Made by a program: the position numbers and the translations under genes. 64,000 nt of DNA from Waddliaceae bacterium (GTDB lineage Bacteria > Chlamydiota > Chlamydiia > Chlamydiales > SLFE01): assembly GCA_963783885.1 (NCBI GenBank), contig CAWAPJ010000019.1:23713-87712 (forward strand), given 5' to 3'. Each line of letters opens with the position of its first letter. The first letter of the stretch is position 1. Shown here piece after piece: positions 38,649-48,477 of this stretch. The notes under the pieces were generated by a model that saw nothing but the letters and a program-made list of their open reading frames with translations, was not told the origin of the DNA and did no database searches.

Positions 38649-39101
38649 ATGCAAGGTTACCCCCCTACAGTGATCCTTAGGCACCGCCGTGAAAACCTTA
38701 AGAAATGCAGCCTGAGAGGTTTGGAAAGCCGCGATGATATGAGATTCTTTACTTACCCAAAAGATTCCCTGCCATGTCTGGAGGGGGCAGTTATGCTCGA
38801 TTTGGAGGGGCCGGAGTTGTCGCGGGAAGATGGAGACAGGCCCCTTTTGCTTGTTGACGCCACTTGGAGATGGGCTGAAGTGATGAAGAGTCAGATTCCC
38901 TTGGTGGAAAAAAGAAGCCTTCCAGCCGGCTTTAGGACCGCATATCCCCGAAAACAGCAAGATTGTTCTGATCCTGAAAGAGGGCTCGCCTCTGTGGAGG
39001 CTCTCTATATCGCCTATCAAATTCTGGGGAGGGAAACCGCCGGTTTACTCGAAAATTATTATTGGAAGGCAGAATTTATAAAAAATAACAGATTTTATTG
39101 A
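38649..39101 (+). CDS. Tsr3/DUF367-like protein
   Basis: ENLKKCSL, VDATW, RSLPAGFRTAYP, LASVEAL. Confidence 0.7.
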   Translation: MQGYPPTVILRHRRENLKKCSLRGLESRDDMRFFTYPKDSLPCLEGAVMLDLEGPELSREDGDRPLLLVDATWRWAEVMKSQIPLVEKRSLPAGFRTAYPRKQQDCSDPERGLASVEALYIAYQILGRETAGLLENYYWKAEFIKNNRFY

Positions 39102-39156
39102 CTTTTTTAAAAAAATATCTTATAATATAGCTTATTATTTGACAAACTAAGATTTA

Positions 39157-40512
39157 ATGATGTTTCAACTATTTTTTGACGCGCTAGGTATAATTGACGA
39201 TAACCTCTGGTCCTATATCGGGTTCCCCATCATTGTGCTTTTGGGTCTCGCTTTGTCCATTGTATCCCGTTTTGTTCAAGTGCGCCGCTTTCCCGAGGCA
39301 CTGACAAGCTTTTTAAATTTTTTCTCTCCTAAGCAGAGATCAAGCATAGGTGTACATCCCTTGAAAGCGTTTTTCGCATGCCTTGGCGGATGTATTGGTA
39401 TTGGAAATATTGTGGCTGTCTGCACAGCGGTGCAGGTCGGCGGTCCCGGCGCTCTGCTGTGGATATGGATAACGGCGATTTTGGGCATGGCGATGAAGTA
39501 TTCCGAGGTTTATCTCGGGATCCGCTACAGAGTCAAAAATAATGAAGGCGGTTACAACGGCGGGCCGATGTACTTTTTACAGCGCGTCTTCAAGACGATG
39601 TGGATTCCCGGCTTTGTTGCGCTTTTACTTTGCGTGTACGGAGTTGAAGTTTATCAGTTCAGGATTGTCACTGAAAGTCTGACGGAAAACTTTTCTCTGA
39701 ATTATTATGTTGTCGCCTTTACTTTGCTTGCCCTTGTGATCTATGCCGGAAGTGGAGGGGTAAGCCGCGTCGGAGAAATTTCCAGTGCGATCATTCCGTT
39801 TTTTATTTTGATCTTTTTAGGGATGGGGCTTTGGGTTCTGGCAAATAACTTGTCCGAAATTCCATCGGCATTCGCGACTGTTTTCCGGTCGGCATTTACC
39901 GGCCACGCAGCGACAGGGGGATTTATCGGCAGCGGTCTGATGATGACCATTTCCCAAGGAATTCGGAGAGGATGTTATGCCAGCGACGTCGGAATCGGAT
40001 ACGCGTCTGTCATTCACAGCGAGACCAGCTCACAGATACCCGAAAAACAGTCTTCTCTGATTTTTATCGACCTCTTTTTGGATATCTTTATCGTCTGCAC
40101 CATCAGCATTTTTTTAGTGCTTGTGACAGGGCTTTGGACCCAGGACATTCCGGCGACTCTGCTTGTACAAACAGCGCTTGCGCAATATTTTCCTTACATG
40201 GAATATTTTATGCCTGTCTTTATTTTGCTCTTGGGGTATTCCACAATTATTGCCTACTTTTGCGTTGGTTTGAAGTGCGCCGAATTCCTCTCCCCGAACT
40301 GGGGACGAAAAATCTTTCTGGTTTTCGCTACGTTTTTTTTGATGGCCTTTACCTTTTTTGAAAGCTATCAGGCGCTCACAGTCATGTCGCTCGTTCAGAT
40401 CATGCTTTTGGTCTTCAACGGCTATGGAATCTGGCGGCTTCGCAAAGAGGTGTCCTTTCATATCGACGAAGAGCCGGAGCTTGTCTTGCAAGAAGAGTCG
40501 ATTAAGTCATAA
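39157..40512 (+). CDS. Na+/alanine-glycine symporter (AGCS family)
   Basis: GIGNIVAV, GGPGALLWIW, GGPMYF; multiple TM helices. Confidence 0.92.
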   Translation: MMFQLFFDALGIIDDNLWSYIGFPIIVLLGLALSIVSRFVQVRRFPEALTSFLNFFSPKQRSSIGVHPLKAFFACLGGCIGIGNIVAVCTAVQVGGPGALLWIWITAILGMAMKYSEVYLGIRYRVKNNEGGYNGGPMYFLQRVFKTMWIPGFVALLLCVYGVEVYQFRIVTESLTENFSLNYYVVAFTLLALVIYAGSGGVSRVGEISSAIIPFFILIFLGMGLWVLANNLSEIPSAFATVFRSAFTGHAATGGFIGSGLMMTISQGIRRGCYASDVGIGYASVIHSETSSQIPEKQSSLIFIDLFLDIFIVCTISIFLVLVTGLWTQDIPATLLVQTALAQYFPYMEYFMPVFILLLGYSTIIAYFCVGLKCAEFLSPNWGRKIFLVFATFFLMAFTFFESYQALTVMSLVQIMLLVFNGYGIWRLRKEVSFHIDEEPELVLQEESIKS

Positions 40513-42488
40513 CGGCAGATATTGAGCAGCTCTTTAGGCAGCTCGTAGAGAAAGCGGGACGGTTTGCTGAGATGCTCGTGCCCCATTCGATTTCTTTTTT
40601 GCGACATGCTTAAAAAAAGACTTTCCTTCGCCCGAGTGAGGGCGACGTAAAAAAGCCGCCTCTCCTCTTCAATTCCCGTCTCCTTCAGACTCCTTTCGTG
40701 CGGCAGGATGTGATCTTCTAGTCCTACCAGAAAGCAGACGGGAAATTCCAGCCCCTTGGCGCTGTGGAATGTCATGAGCTGAACCTTGTCGGCATTGGGA
40801 TCTTTTTTTTCTCCGGGCCGGTTTTCCTCTTCATTGAGAGGTGTCGATGTTATAAAATCCAAAAGGGTCGGGGAGTCGCTTGAGCTTTCATATTCCGAAA
40901 GGGCACAGGCAAGCTCCTGAACATTGTCCCATTTCATGACCCTCATCTTTTCGCTTTTCACATCCTCTTTGATCGCTTTTTTATAGTCGATGGTTTCAAG
41001 AAACGATGACATTGCCATTGAGAGGGACTGATGTTTAAAATTTCTCGAAGCGGTTTCAATGATGTCAACAAAGGATGCAATTCCGTTTAAGGATTTTGAA
41101 TTGAGCTTGTTTTGGATGTTTTCGGGAAGGGTTTTTCCGGCAGCCTGTTTGAGGATATCCCAGAGAGGGGCTTTGTACTGGCGGCTGTAGCTTGTAAGGA
41201 GATCGAGGGAGTTTTCTCCAATGCCTCTACGCGGAACATTGACCACCCTGAGTATGGCCGCCTGATCTTTTGGATTCGCGCAAATTCGGAGATAGGCCAG
41301 CAGGTCTTTTACTTCGCGCCTTTCATAAAATTCGGTTCCTCCAAACACTTGATAGGGAATTCCCCGTTTCCACTCTGTCCCTTGCCGATAACCCGTTCTC
41401 ATCAAAACCTGTTCTATATGGCGGGAAAGGGCGTTTGAACGGTAGAGGATGGCAAAGCGGTTCCAGCTGCATCCGGACTCTTTTTTCATTTGCACCAGCC
41501 GATAGACGACAGCCTCGGCTTCGTCTTTTTCGGAAGGAGCGTGAAAAACAGTGAGGGGTTTCCCATCGGAATTTTTGCTCCAAAGAGATTTGCCGTGGCG
41601 AGAGCAGTTATGCTGAATGAGGGCGTTTGCAGCATTCAATATAGTAGGAGTCGAGCGGTAGTTTTGTTCCAATTTGATGACTGCAGCATTCTCGAACTCT
41701 AAAATATTGCGTATATCTGCACCTCTCCAGCCATATATCGATTGATCGTCATCCCCGACGACGAACAGGTTTCCATATTTAGCCGAAAGCAGAGAAGCCA
41801 GGCGATACTGTACAGGGTTGGTGTCTTGGTACTCGTCTATCATAATATAGCGGAAGCGCTGCTGGTATTTTTCTAGAATGTCGTGTCGTTTCAAAAAAAG
41901 TTCAACTGTCAAGTAAAGGAGATTGTCAAAATCGACTGCATTGTGCGCTCGCATGCTGTTCAGCAGCCTGCGGTAAATTTTTTTGACAAATGCCTCATGC
42001 CAGGAATTGCCTTTGTCCGGCATCTCATCAGGAGTCAGTCCTAAATTTTTGGCCAGAGTGATTTGATGGAGCGTTTCGTTGATCGCAGGAATTTCACCTT
42101 CACTTGCAAGCTCATCGCGTACAATGGCTTTGATGAGCCTTTCGACATCGGAAGGGGTGTAAAGGGTAAAATTCGCCGTATAGCCGAGATGATGGATCTC
42201 ATTTCTCAAAATTTGCATGCACCAGCTGTGAAATGTACAAAGAGTCACATCAGCTGCGGCTTTTGCGGAGACCATCGCGGCAACTCTCTGCCTCATTTCC
42301 GACGCCGCTTTGTTGGTAAATGTCAGTCCAAGAATAGACTCGGGAGAGACCTTTTTTTCCTGTATCAGGTAAGCGATGCGAGTTGTCAGGACAAGGGTTT
42401 TTCCTGTTCCAGCTCCCGCCAGAACCAGAACCCTTCCCTCAGTTGTCCTTACCGCTTTTTGCTGCTCGGGATTCAGCTTAGCCCGCAT
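40458..42488 (-). CDS. uvrD: UvrD/PcrA/Rep superfamily I helicase
   Basis: AGAGTGKT, DEYQD, GDDDQSIYGWRG, NYRS, HSAKGLEF, EERRLFYVALTRA. Confidence 0.93.
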   Translation of the reverse strand: MRAKLNPEQQKAVRTTEGRVLVLAGAGTGKTLVLTTRIAYLIQEKKVSPESILGLTFTNKAASEMRQRVAAMVSAKAAADVTLCTFHSWCMQILRNEIHHLGYTANFTLYTPSDVERLIKAIVRDELASEGEIPAINETLHQITLAKNLGLTPDEMPDKGNSWHEAFVKKIYRRLLNSMRAHNAVDFDNLLYLTVELFLKRHDILEKYQQRFRYIMIDEYQDTNPVQYRLASLLSAKYGNLFVVGDDDQSIYGWRGADIRNILEFENAAVIKLEQNYRSTPTILNAANALIQHNCSRHGKSLWSKNSDGKPLTVFHAPSEKDEAEAVVYRLVQMKKESGCSWNRFAILYRSNALSRHIEQVLMRTGYRQGTEWKRGIPYQVFGGTEFYERREVKDLLAYLRICANPKDQAAILRVVNVPRRGIGENSLDLLTSYSRQYKAPLWDILKQAAGKTLPENIQNKLNSKSLNGIASFVDIIETASRNFKHQSLSMAMSSFLETIDYKKAIKEDVKSEKMRVMKWDNVQELACALSEYESSSDSPTLLDFITSTPLNEEENRPGEKKDPNADKVQLMTFHSAKGLEFPVCFLVGLEDHILPHERSLKETGIEEERRLFYVALTRAKESLFLSMSQKRNRMGHEHLSKPSRFLYELPKELLNICRYDLIDSSCKTSSGSSSI

Positions 42489-42575
42489 TTTTCACACCTA
42501 ACCGGGAAATTTGCATAATAATCTGTTTGCCGATTTTCTATCACAACTTTTACGATTATGTGTGAGAAATGTAGG

Positions 42576-42911
42576 TTAGTCAACACAGTCATGCAGAAAA
42601 GACAGCATTTCTTCCCCTATCTGGCAAGAATCGGCGCTGAGTGCAGACTTTCTTGGGCGGACTATCATGGCAAGTCCTCGAGGCATTTGGGGAAGCAGTT
42701 TTCTATAGGCTTCCCGCGTGATGCGCTTAAAACGGTTCCTCTTGCAGGCATTTCCATACCGCTTCGATGGGGCAATGCCCAGCTTTGAGTTTGATTTGTC
42801 CCAAGTATGGTAATCAATAATGATTGTGCGGCCAATGAACCGCCGCCCTTTTGAGATGATGCTGCGAAAATCCCGCCGATTGAGAAGCCGGCAGGATTTA
42901 GGGAATTTCAT
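42576..42911 (-). CDS. rnpA: Ribonuclease P protein component
   Basis: [11 protein letters not shown]; overlaps rpmH stop. Confidence 0.93.
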   Translation of the reverse strand: MKFPKSCRLLNRRDFRSIISKGRRFIGRTIIIDYHTWDKSNSKLGIAPSKRYGNACKRNRFKRITREAYRKLLPQMPRGLAMIVRPRKSALSADSCQIGEEMLSFLHDCVD

Positions 42912-43042
42912 ACGGTCAGTCTTTTACGCCCTTTTCGTCGGCGGTTTTTTAGGATTTTGCGTCCATTGGCCGTGCTCATTCGGGATCTGAAGCCATGGGT
43001 CTTTTGGCGGCGTCTTTTACTTGGCTGATACGTTCTTTTCAC
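42908..43042 (-). CDS. rpmH: 50S ribosomal protein L34 (not in ORF track)
   Basis: [44 protein letters not shown]. Confidence 0.97.
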   Translation of the reverse strand: MKRTYQPSKRRRQKTHGFRSRMSTANGRKILKNRRRKGRKRLTV

Positions 43043-43178
43043 AGTTTTCTCCTCCTGATTTAAGGAACAATCATAGAACAACTAGAGAAAATTGTAAAGA
43101 GAACTTTACTTTCTTGTAGAAAATATAGGAATTGGCTATAATTTGGCTCGTCTACATTGAAAAAATAGGATTGATCTT

Positions 43179-43343
43179 ATGAAAAATCGAGCATCTGTGA
43201 AAGCCGACCCCTCCAAAGGCGACCTTCTTGTCCGCCGCAGAGGACGGCTGTATGTTATCAATAAGTCAAACCCCAAGCGCAAGCAGCGCCAGAAGGGGAG
43301 CGCCCGTAAACGGGCCAAAAAAGACATGTTTAAAGAAATATAA
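43179..43343 (+). CDS. rpmJ: 50S ribosomal protein L36, Cys-free type (not in ORF track)
   Basis: [38 protein letters not shown]... Confidence 0.93.
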   Translation: MKNRASVKADPSKGDLLVRRRGRLYVINKSNPKRKQRQKGSARKRAKKDMFKEI

Positions 43344-43360
43344 GGAAAAACGGTTAATAT

Positions 43361-43668
43361 ATGGCTAAAAAGTCTGCAATTGAAAAAGAAAAACGACGGG
43401 AAAGGATGGTCAAAAACGCTTGGGAAAAGCGTGCCGAGTTGAGAAAAAGAGCAAAAGACACTGAGCCTTTCAGAAGAAGAAAGGGAAGAGGCTGCGGACA
43501 AGGCTCAACAAAATGCCTCGCGACACCTCCCATGTCCGATTAAGGAATCGCTGCGCATTGACTGGCAGGTCCCGAGGATATCTTAGAAAGTTTCGTCTGT
43601 CCCGCAACTGCTTTAGGGAAATGGCCCTGGAAGGCGTCATTCCCGGTATCGCGAAAGCGAGCTGGTAG
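43361..43668 (+). CDS. rpsN: 30S ribosomal protein S14 with two apparent +1 insertions
   Basis: [10 protein letters not shown]...[17 protein letters not shown]...IPGIAKASW*; 308 nt = 101 aa + stop + 2 extra bases. Confidence 0.9.
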
Positions 43669-43717
43669 AATCTAAAACTTTATACAACTGTTCCCGCTGG
43701 GATTTTTCACCGTAGAA

Positions 43718-43737
43718 CCCCCGGAAACTTCCGGGGG
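43718..43737. terminator. GC-rich hairpin downstream of rpsN
   Basis: cccccggaa-ac-ttccggggg. Confidence 0.45.
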
Positions 43738-43786
43738 AAGTCTGAGAGTTTCAGGCCAGTGATTTCTAAAGATTGAAAATTTAATT

Positions 43787-44031
43787 TTACTCACTTTGAT
43801 CTAAGTTCTTTATATTCAATTCGAATCTATACTCGTTGCTAGATTCATAACATTTGAAATCATATCGAGTGAATAACTCTAGTTTTTTCAGTTCTTTTTC
43901 AATTTTTTCTGAATTATTATCAGAATAATGAAAACTCTGGAGAGTAATTTTACTGTCAAATAAAATTTTAGGCACCTTTTTTAGAGATTTTAAAGAATCT
44001 AAGTATGAGTTAAAACGAAAATCCGCATCTG
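43787..44031 (-). pseudogene. AT-rich gene remnant adjoining a palindromic element
   Basis: Open frame ADADFRFNSYLDSLKSLKKVPKILF... begins at the repeat edge. Confidence 0.45.
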
Positions 44032-44138
44032 CTAAGCCTCGATTATCGGCAAGGGATTACCCTTGCCTTCAAATCGAGTCTACGCATCTGAATCCAACGA
44101 AAGACTTTAACAACAAGTTTAGGTAGCAATCAGGGTCT
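44032..44138. repeat. Partial palindromic element, identical to 34312-34418
   Basis: 107-bp exact repeat with central ggcaagggattacccttgcc hairpin. Confidence 0.92.
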
Positions 44139-44233
44139 AGTAATACCTTGAATGATCATAATAATTTTCGGAAACGCATGCGGGAACAATTTATAATCAA
44201 ATTTTTTTTTAGATTGCGCTGAAGCGGAAGCGA

Positions 44234-44652
44234 TTATAAACCAAGCGTTTCTTTAAGTTCTGCAATTGTCTTTGATTTTTTTCCATTCGGTCATGGTCTC
44301 GTTCCAGACATAGGTCTCTTCGGAAATCTGGTCCTTTTCGCTGAATTTTTTGAGTTCTGACAATAGTATGGGGGCCATGCTGCTTGCGGGCCTCGTCTAG
44401 ATAGTACCAGTCATACTGATCAAAGGGAGAGTGGGGAGATACGCGGATGGCTTCGGTTTCTATGATCTTTGGTTTTTCCTCGGTTTTCTCCTGTGATTCG
44501 AATGAAGGCATCAGAAACAAGGCAATCAGCGGGAAGGGGCCGAAAAAGACTCCCAGAAAGAACCAGAGATAAGGGTTTCTGCCCCTTTTTTGAGCGAAAT
44601 AAGAGTTTACCCATCCCCAGAAAACGATAAAAAATAATGTGATAAATTCCAT
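44234..44652 (-). CDS. Membrane protein with GYF_2/DUF4339 domain, frameshifted
   Basis: AQKRGRNPYLWFFLG; WYYLD...QHGP; ISEETYVWNETMTEWKKI in a shifted frame. Confidence 0.75.
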
Positions 44653-44704
44653 AAATAATGGTATAATAACAGTTACCTGTATAGGAATCAAGAAGAGTTG
44701 AATT

Positions 44705-45157
44705 ATGAAAGGCTGGAATAAAAAACAAGAGGTTGACCAGAAAGAGTACGAGCTGCCCGAAACCGTTTATGTCAGGGATATCGAAGACCGCGTTTTTAAA
44801 TCGCTCGCTCTTCAAGCGCTTACGAAAATCGAAGGAGTGAGTCTCGATGGAGGCACTTTTTTAGATCATATTTTCGGAAGGGATAAAATTGATTCGATCA
44901 AAGGGGTTCAGGTTGCCCAGGATAGCAAAAATCATTCAGTCTCGTTAAAAATTGAGGTGAAGGTTCAGTACGGTGTTGCCATTCCGGAAAAGGCTGAAGA
45001 GATTCAAAACCGGATTTCCGAAGAAATCACGGCGCTTACGGGACTTCATGTCAATGCCGTTCACGTGGTTTTCAAAAATGTCTTTACTCCCGAAGAGAAC
45101 GAGCCCCCCGCGATTGAGGAAGAAATCGAGGAAGAGCCTGTCGATTTTGATAATTAA
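44705..45157 (+). CDS. Asp23/Gls24 family protein
   Basis: VQYGVAIPEKAEEIQ...LTGLHVNAVHV. Confidence 0.9.
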   Translation: MKGWNKKQEVDQKEYELPETVYVRDIEDRVFKSLALQALTKIEGVSLDGGTFLDHIFGRDKIDSIKGVQVAQDSKNHSVSLKIEVKVQYGVAIPEKAEEIQNRISEEITALTGLHVNAVHVVFKNVFTPEENEPPAIEEEIEEEPVDFDN

Positions 45158-45201
45158 ACGAGTGGACAGCTTTACTTTTCGCCTCTTTCGCCGACCTTTG
45201 G

Positions 45202-45355
45202 CCCTGATTGCTACCTAAACCTCAGCTAGAGCTTACACGAGTACACCATCTACTGCCTGTAGCGACTTGGCAAGGGATTACCCTTGCCGTCGACGCTACA
45301 GTTGTATCTGGCGCACTCGTGTAAGCTCTAGCTGAGGTTTAGGTAGCAATCAGGG
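45202..45355. repeat. Complete 154-bp palindromic element
   Basis: 41-bp perfect IR (45202-45242/45315-45355); central ggcaagggattacccttgcc. Confidence 0.95.
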
Positions 45356-45551
45356 TCTTTGCCATTCGACTTAAAATTCCCTGCTCTTATAGAAAATGTG
45401 AATTAGCGTCGATTGGCAAATCATAAGCAAAAAAAGCTCAAAAATCGGTTTTTCCTGAGTTTTGCAATTCCCTCTAAACGATTCAGCTTGCAAATAAATA
45501 GCCTACACATTAATATTTCATCTTTAAATGCCTAAAAAATGGGCAGCTGAT

Positions 45552-45623
45552 TGGGGTGTAGCCAAGCGGTAAGGCAGCGGTTTTTGGTACCGCCATGCGG
45601 AGGTTCGAATCCTTCCACCCCAA
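45552..45623 (+). tRNA. tRNA-Gln(TTG)
   Basis: Cloverleaf; anticodon arm gcggt-ttTTGgt-accgc; GTTCGAATC T-loop; CCA not encoded. Confidence 0.95.
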
Positions 45624-45659
45624 ATTGAAAGCCGCGGATGATCCGCGCAAGCCAAAGGG

Positions 45660-46628
45660 GTGGGAGTGGAAGTTGACCCGAGCAGCTTTGTTGTCATTGC
45701 TGGGTCGTCGCATCCGGAGCTCGCTAAGGAAATAGCGTCGCATCTGGGTGTGGGCCTAGGCGGAGTCAGATCGGAAACATTTCCTGACAAGGAGATTTCT
45801 GTACAGATTCTCGAAAGTGTCAGGGGGAAAGATGTTTTCGTGGTGCAGACGGTTGCTCTTGAACCGAATGTTTACTTGATGGAGCTGTTGATCATGATCG
45901 ACGCCCTCAAAAGAGCATCGGCTAAAAGCATCGTAGCTGTCATTCCTTACTTTGGTTATGCACGTCAGGACCGGAAAGATAAGCCCCGGGTGCCGATATC
46001 GGCTAAACTGGTGGCGAATCTGCTTGAAAAGGCAGGAGCGGACCGGATTTTGACGATGGATCTTCACGCTGGCCAAATACAGGGATTTTTTGATATCCCC
46101 GTGGACAATTTGCTCTCGCTGCCGCTGATGGCGAAAGCGTTTCAACGGCTCGAAATCGACGATGTCGTTGTTGTCGCACCGGATGTGGGAAGCATAAAGC
46201 TGGTCAGGGACTATGCCCAGCTTCTGGGAGTGGATTTTGCGGTTATCGACAAGATACGGAGCAGCGCTACCGAAGTCGAGATTACCGCGCTGATTGGGGA
46301 TATAAAAGGAAAGAATGTACTTCTCGCTGATGACGTGTGTTCCACAGGAGGAACTTTGGTATCAGCCGCGAAAGCGTGCCAAGAGAAGGGTGCTTCAAGA
46401 GTTTTTTGTTCCATCACCCACGGTTTATTTGTGGGAGAATCGGTAAACAGGATAGAAAACAGCCCAATTGAAGTGCTTTTGATGAGTAACACGATTCCCG
46501 TTACTAACCGGCTTGACGGATTGACAAAATCCCGGGTCGTTTCTGTTGGCAGTCATTTTGCTGAAGCCATTAATTGCATAAATTCAGCAGGGTCCATTCA
46601 TTCCCTTTACAATGTAAGCATTCAGTGA
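45660..46628 (+). CDS. prs: Ribose-phosphate pyrophosphokinase
   Basis: PYFGYARQDRK, MDLHAGQIQGFF, DDVCSTGGT. Confidence 0.97.
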   Translation: MGVEVDPSSFVVIAGSSHPELAKEIASHLGVGLGGVRSETFPDKEISVQILESVRGKDVFVVQTVALEPNVYLMELLIMIDALKRASAKSIVAVIPYFGYARQDRKDKPRVPISAKLVANLLEKAGADRILTMDLHAGQIQGFFDIPVDNLLSLPLMAKAFQRLEIDDVVVVAPDVGSIKLVRDYAQLLGVDFAVIDKIRSSATEVEITALIGDIKGKNVLLADDVCSTGGTLVSAAKACQEKGASRVFCSITHGLFVGESVNRIENSPIEVLLMSNTIPVTNRLDGLTKSRVVSVGSHFAEAINCINSAGSIHSLYNVSIQ

Positions 46629-46676
46629 GCTGCGCTTACGCGCATTTTCTGGGGGCGCATTTCACCGAATGCTTAC
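46614..46676. repeat. 63-bp hairpin between prs and rplY
   Basis: gtaagcattcagtga...tcaccgaatgcttac. Confidence 0.7.
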
Positions 46677-46708
46677 TTTATAATTGACTCGGTTCAAAAA
46701 GAGGATAT

Positions 46709-47269
46709 ATGAAACTTAGTATTAAAGAACGATCGACAGAAAAAAAATGCAAATCCAATCGCTTGAGGCGGGAAGGCCGCATCCCTGCGGTTTTGTATAA
46801 CCGCGGAAAAGAGTCGCTGTCTATTTCAGTGGCTCAATCTGATTTTGATGCGTGCCTGCGTCAAATTCCCAAAGGGCGTTTGTCTACAACGGTCTTTACC
46901 CTAACCGACGAAAAAGGGCAGGAGAAAAAGGGTATTGTCAAAGAAATTCAGTATCATCCGACATCCTATCAGATGATTCACCTGGATTTTGAAGAGCTGC
47001 TCTCCGATGTCCCGGTGAATATCAAAGTTCCGATCGAATGCACGGGAGTTATGGATTGCGCCGGTATTAAACTCGGCGGCGTGCTAAGGCGTGTGATACG
47101 TTATCTTCTCGTCAACTGCCTGCCGGAAGATATCCCATCATATTTTGAACTGGATGTTCGCGAGCTTGGCATTAAGCAATATAAAAAATTGGCTGATCTT
47201 GTCATACCCGAAAAAGTGAGGCCTCTGGTCGATCTCAACGAGGTTGCAGTTGTCATAGCCAAGAGATGA
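46709..47269 (+). CDS. rplY: 50S ribosomal protein L25/Ctc
   Basis: RLRREGRIPAVLY, QYHP...HLDF. Confidence 0.95.
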   Translation: MKLSIKERSTEKKCKSNRLRREGRIPAVLYNRGKESLSISVAQSDFDACLRQIPKGRLSTTVFTLTDEKGQEKKGIVKEIQYHPTSYQMIHLDFEELLSDVPVNIKVPIECTGVMDCAGIKLGGVLRRVIRYLLVNCLPEDIPSYFELDVRELGIKQYKKLADLVIPEKVRPLVDLNEVAVVIAKR

Positions 47270-47880
47270 TGGATCGGGAAAACAAGCACCTTGTTTTTGC
47301 CGGATTAGGAAATCCCGGCCGCAAGTATAGGAAAAATCGGCATAATATCGGATTCATGGTGATTGACCGGTTTGCCGAAAGACAGGGATGGGAGCTTAAA
47401 GATGCTCCCAGGTTTCAGGCGAAAGCGGCCAAAGGGGCGCTAGGCAATAAGACAGCGCATCTTGTGGAGCCTGAAACTTACATGAATTTAAGCGGCCAAT
47501 CCTTAGGGAAGTATTTGAATTACTTTCACCTGGGGCCGGAAGAGGTTGTCGTTGTGACCGATGATGCAGCGCTTCCTTTCGGCGAGATGAGGCTCCGTTT
47601 AATGGGAAGCTCCGGAGGGCACAACGGACTCAAAAGCGTAGAACAGCATTTGGGAACAAGAAATTATGCCCGGCTCAGATTGGGCATTGCCGGAAAACAC
47701 TACGGGCAGCAGGCGCTGGAGGATTATGTTCTTCAGGATTTCTCAAAACAAGAGATGGAAGAGCTGCCGCAATTTATAGAAAAGGCCGCTTCGGTTCTTG
47801 AAAGACTGATAGCAGAAGATCCGGAGCGTGTTATGAATGAAGTGAACACAAAGGTGAAAAATAAAGATGACTCAGAATAA
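47266..47880 (+). CDS. pth: Peptidyl-tRNA hydrolase
   Basis: GLGNPG, RHNIGF, YMNLSG, GGHNGLKS. Confidence 0.97.
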   Translation: MMDRENKHLVFAGLGNPGRKYRKNRHNIGFMVIDRFAERQGWELKDAPRFQAKAAKGALGNKTAHLVEPETYMNLSGQSLGKYLNYFHLGPEEVVVVTDDAALPFGEMRLRLMGSSGGHNGLKSVEQHLGTRNYARLRLGIAGKHYGQQALEDYVLQDFSKQEMEELPQFIEKAASVLERLIAEDPERVMNEVNTKVKNKDDSE

Positions 47881-48208
47881 GCAGAAACTTTATGAAGGGA
47901 TGTATATCATCAATTCATCATTAACCGAGGATGCTCGAAATAAAGCTTTGGATAAAATCCTGGAAGGGATTACAAGCCGTGGCGGAGAAATTCTCAAAAA
48001 CCATGATTTTGGCCGGAGGCGTCTTGCTTACGAGATAGAAGGCCACAGAGAAGGTTATTATTACATCATCTACTTTTCCGTAGATCCGATAGCCATTGCC
48101 GAGATGAAGGGTGAATATCGTTTGATGGAAGATCTGGTCCGCCACATGATCGTCACACCTCATGAGGTTATGGAAAAAATTGAATTCAAGGCACTTGCAG
48201 AGGAATAG
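47867..48208 (+). CDS. rpsF: 30S ribosomal protein S6
   Basis: [19 protein letters not shown]. Confidence 0.95.
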   Translation: MTQNKQKLYEGMYIINSSLTEDARNKALDKILEGITSRGGEILKNHDFGRRRLAYEIEGHREGYYYIIYFSVDPIAIAEMKGEYRLMEDLVRHMIVTPHEVMEKIEFKALAEE

Positions 48209-48219
48209 GAGAGGTATTC

Positions 48220-48462
48220 ATGGCTAGTATTTTAAAAAGGGGCTCCCGCTCCAAAAAGAAGAAAAGATGTCCTTTTACAGCAGCCGGTATCAAGCATATC
48301 GATTACAAGGACATTGACACGCTTAAAAAGTTCATCACCGACCGGGGCAAAATTTTGCCAAGGCGCATTACAGGAGTATCAGCCTGGCATCAAAGACATT
48401 TGGCCAGGGCAATCAAACAGGCTAGAAACGTGGCTTTGCTGCCTTTTGTTGATCAGGTTTAA
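48220..48462 (+). CDS. rpsR: 30S ribosomal protein S18
   Basis: [21 protein letters not shown]. Confidence 0.97.
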   Translation: MASILKRGSRSKKKKRCPFTAAGIKHIDYKDIDTLKKFITDRGKILPRRITGVSAWHQRHLARAIKQARNVALLPFVDQV

Positions 48463-48477
48463 AGGAGACGATTTAAT

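Noticed and set aside
43043-43178. oriC next to rpmH
   Set aside because: No dnaA and no DnaA-box cluster seen
43361-43668. Programmed frameshifting in rpsN
   Set aside because: Two separate shifts with no slippery motif; sequencing error is simpler
45552-45623. tRNA-Gln as an integration site
   Set aside because: No duplicated tRNA 3' end seen; prs follows directly
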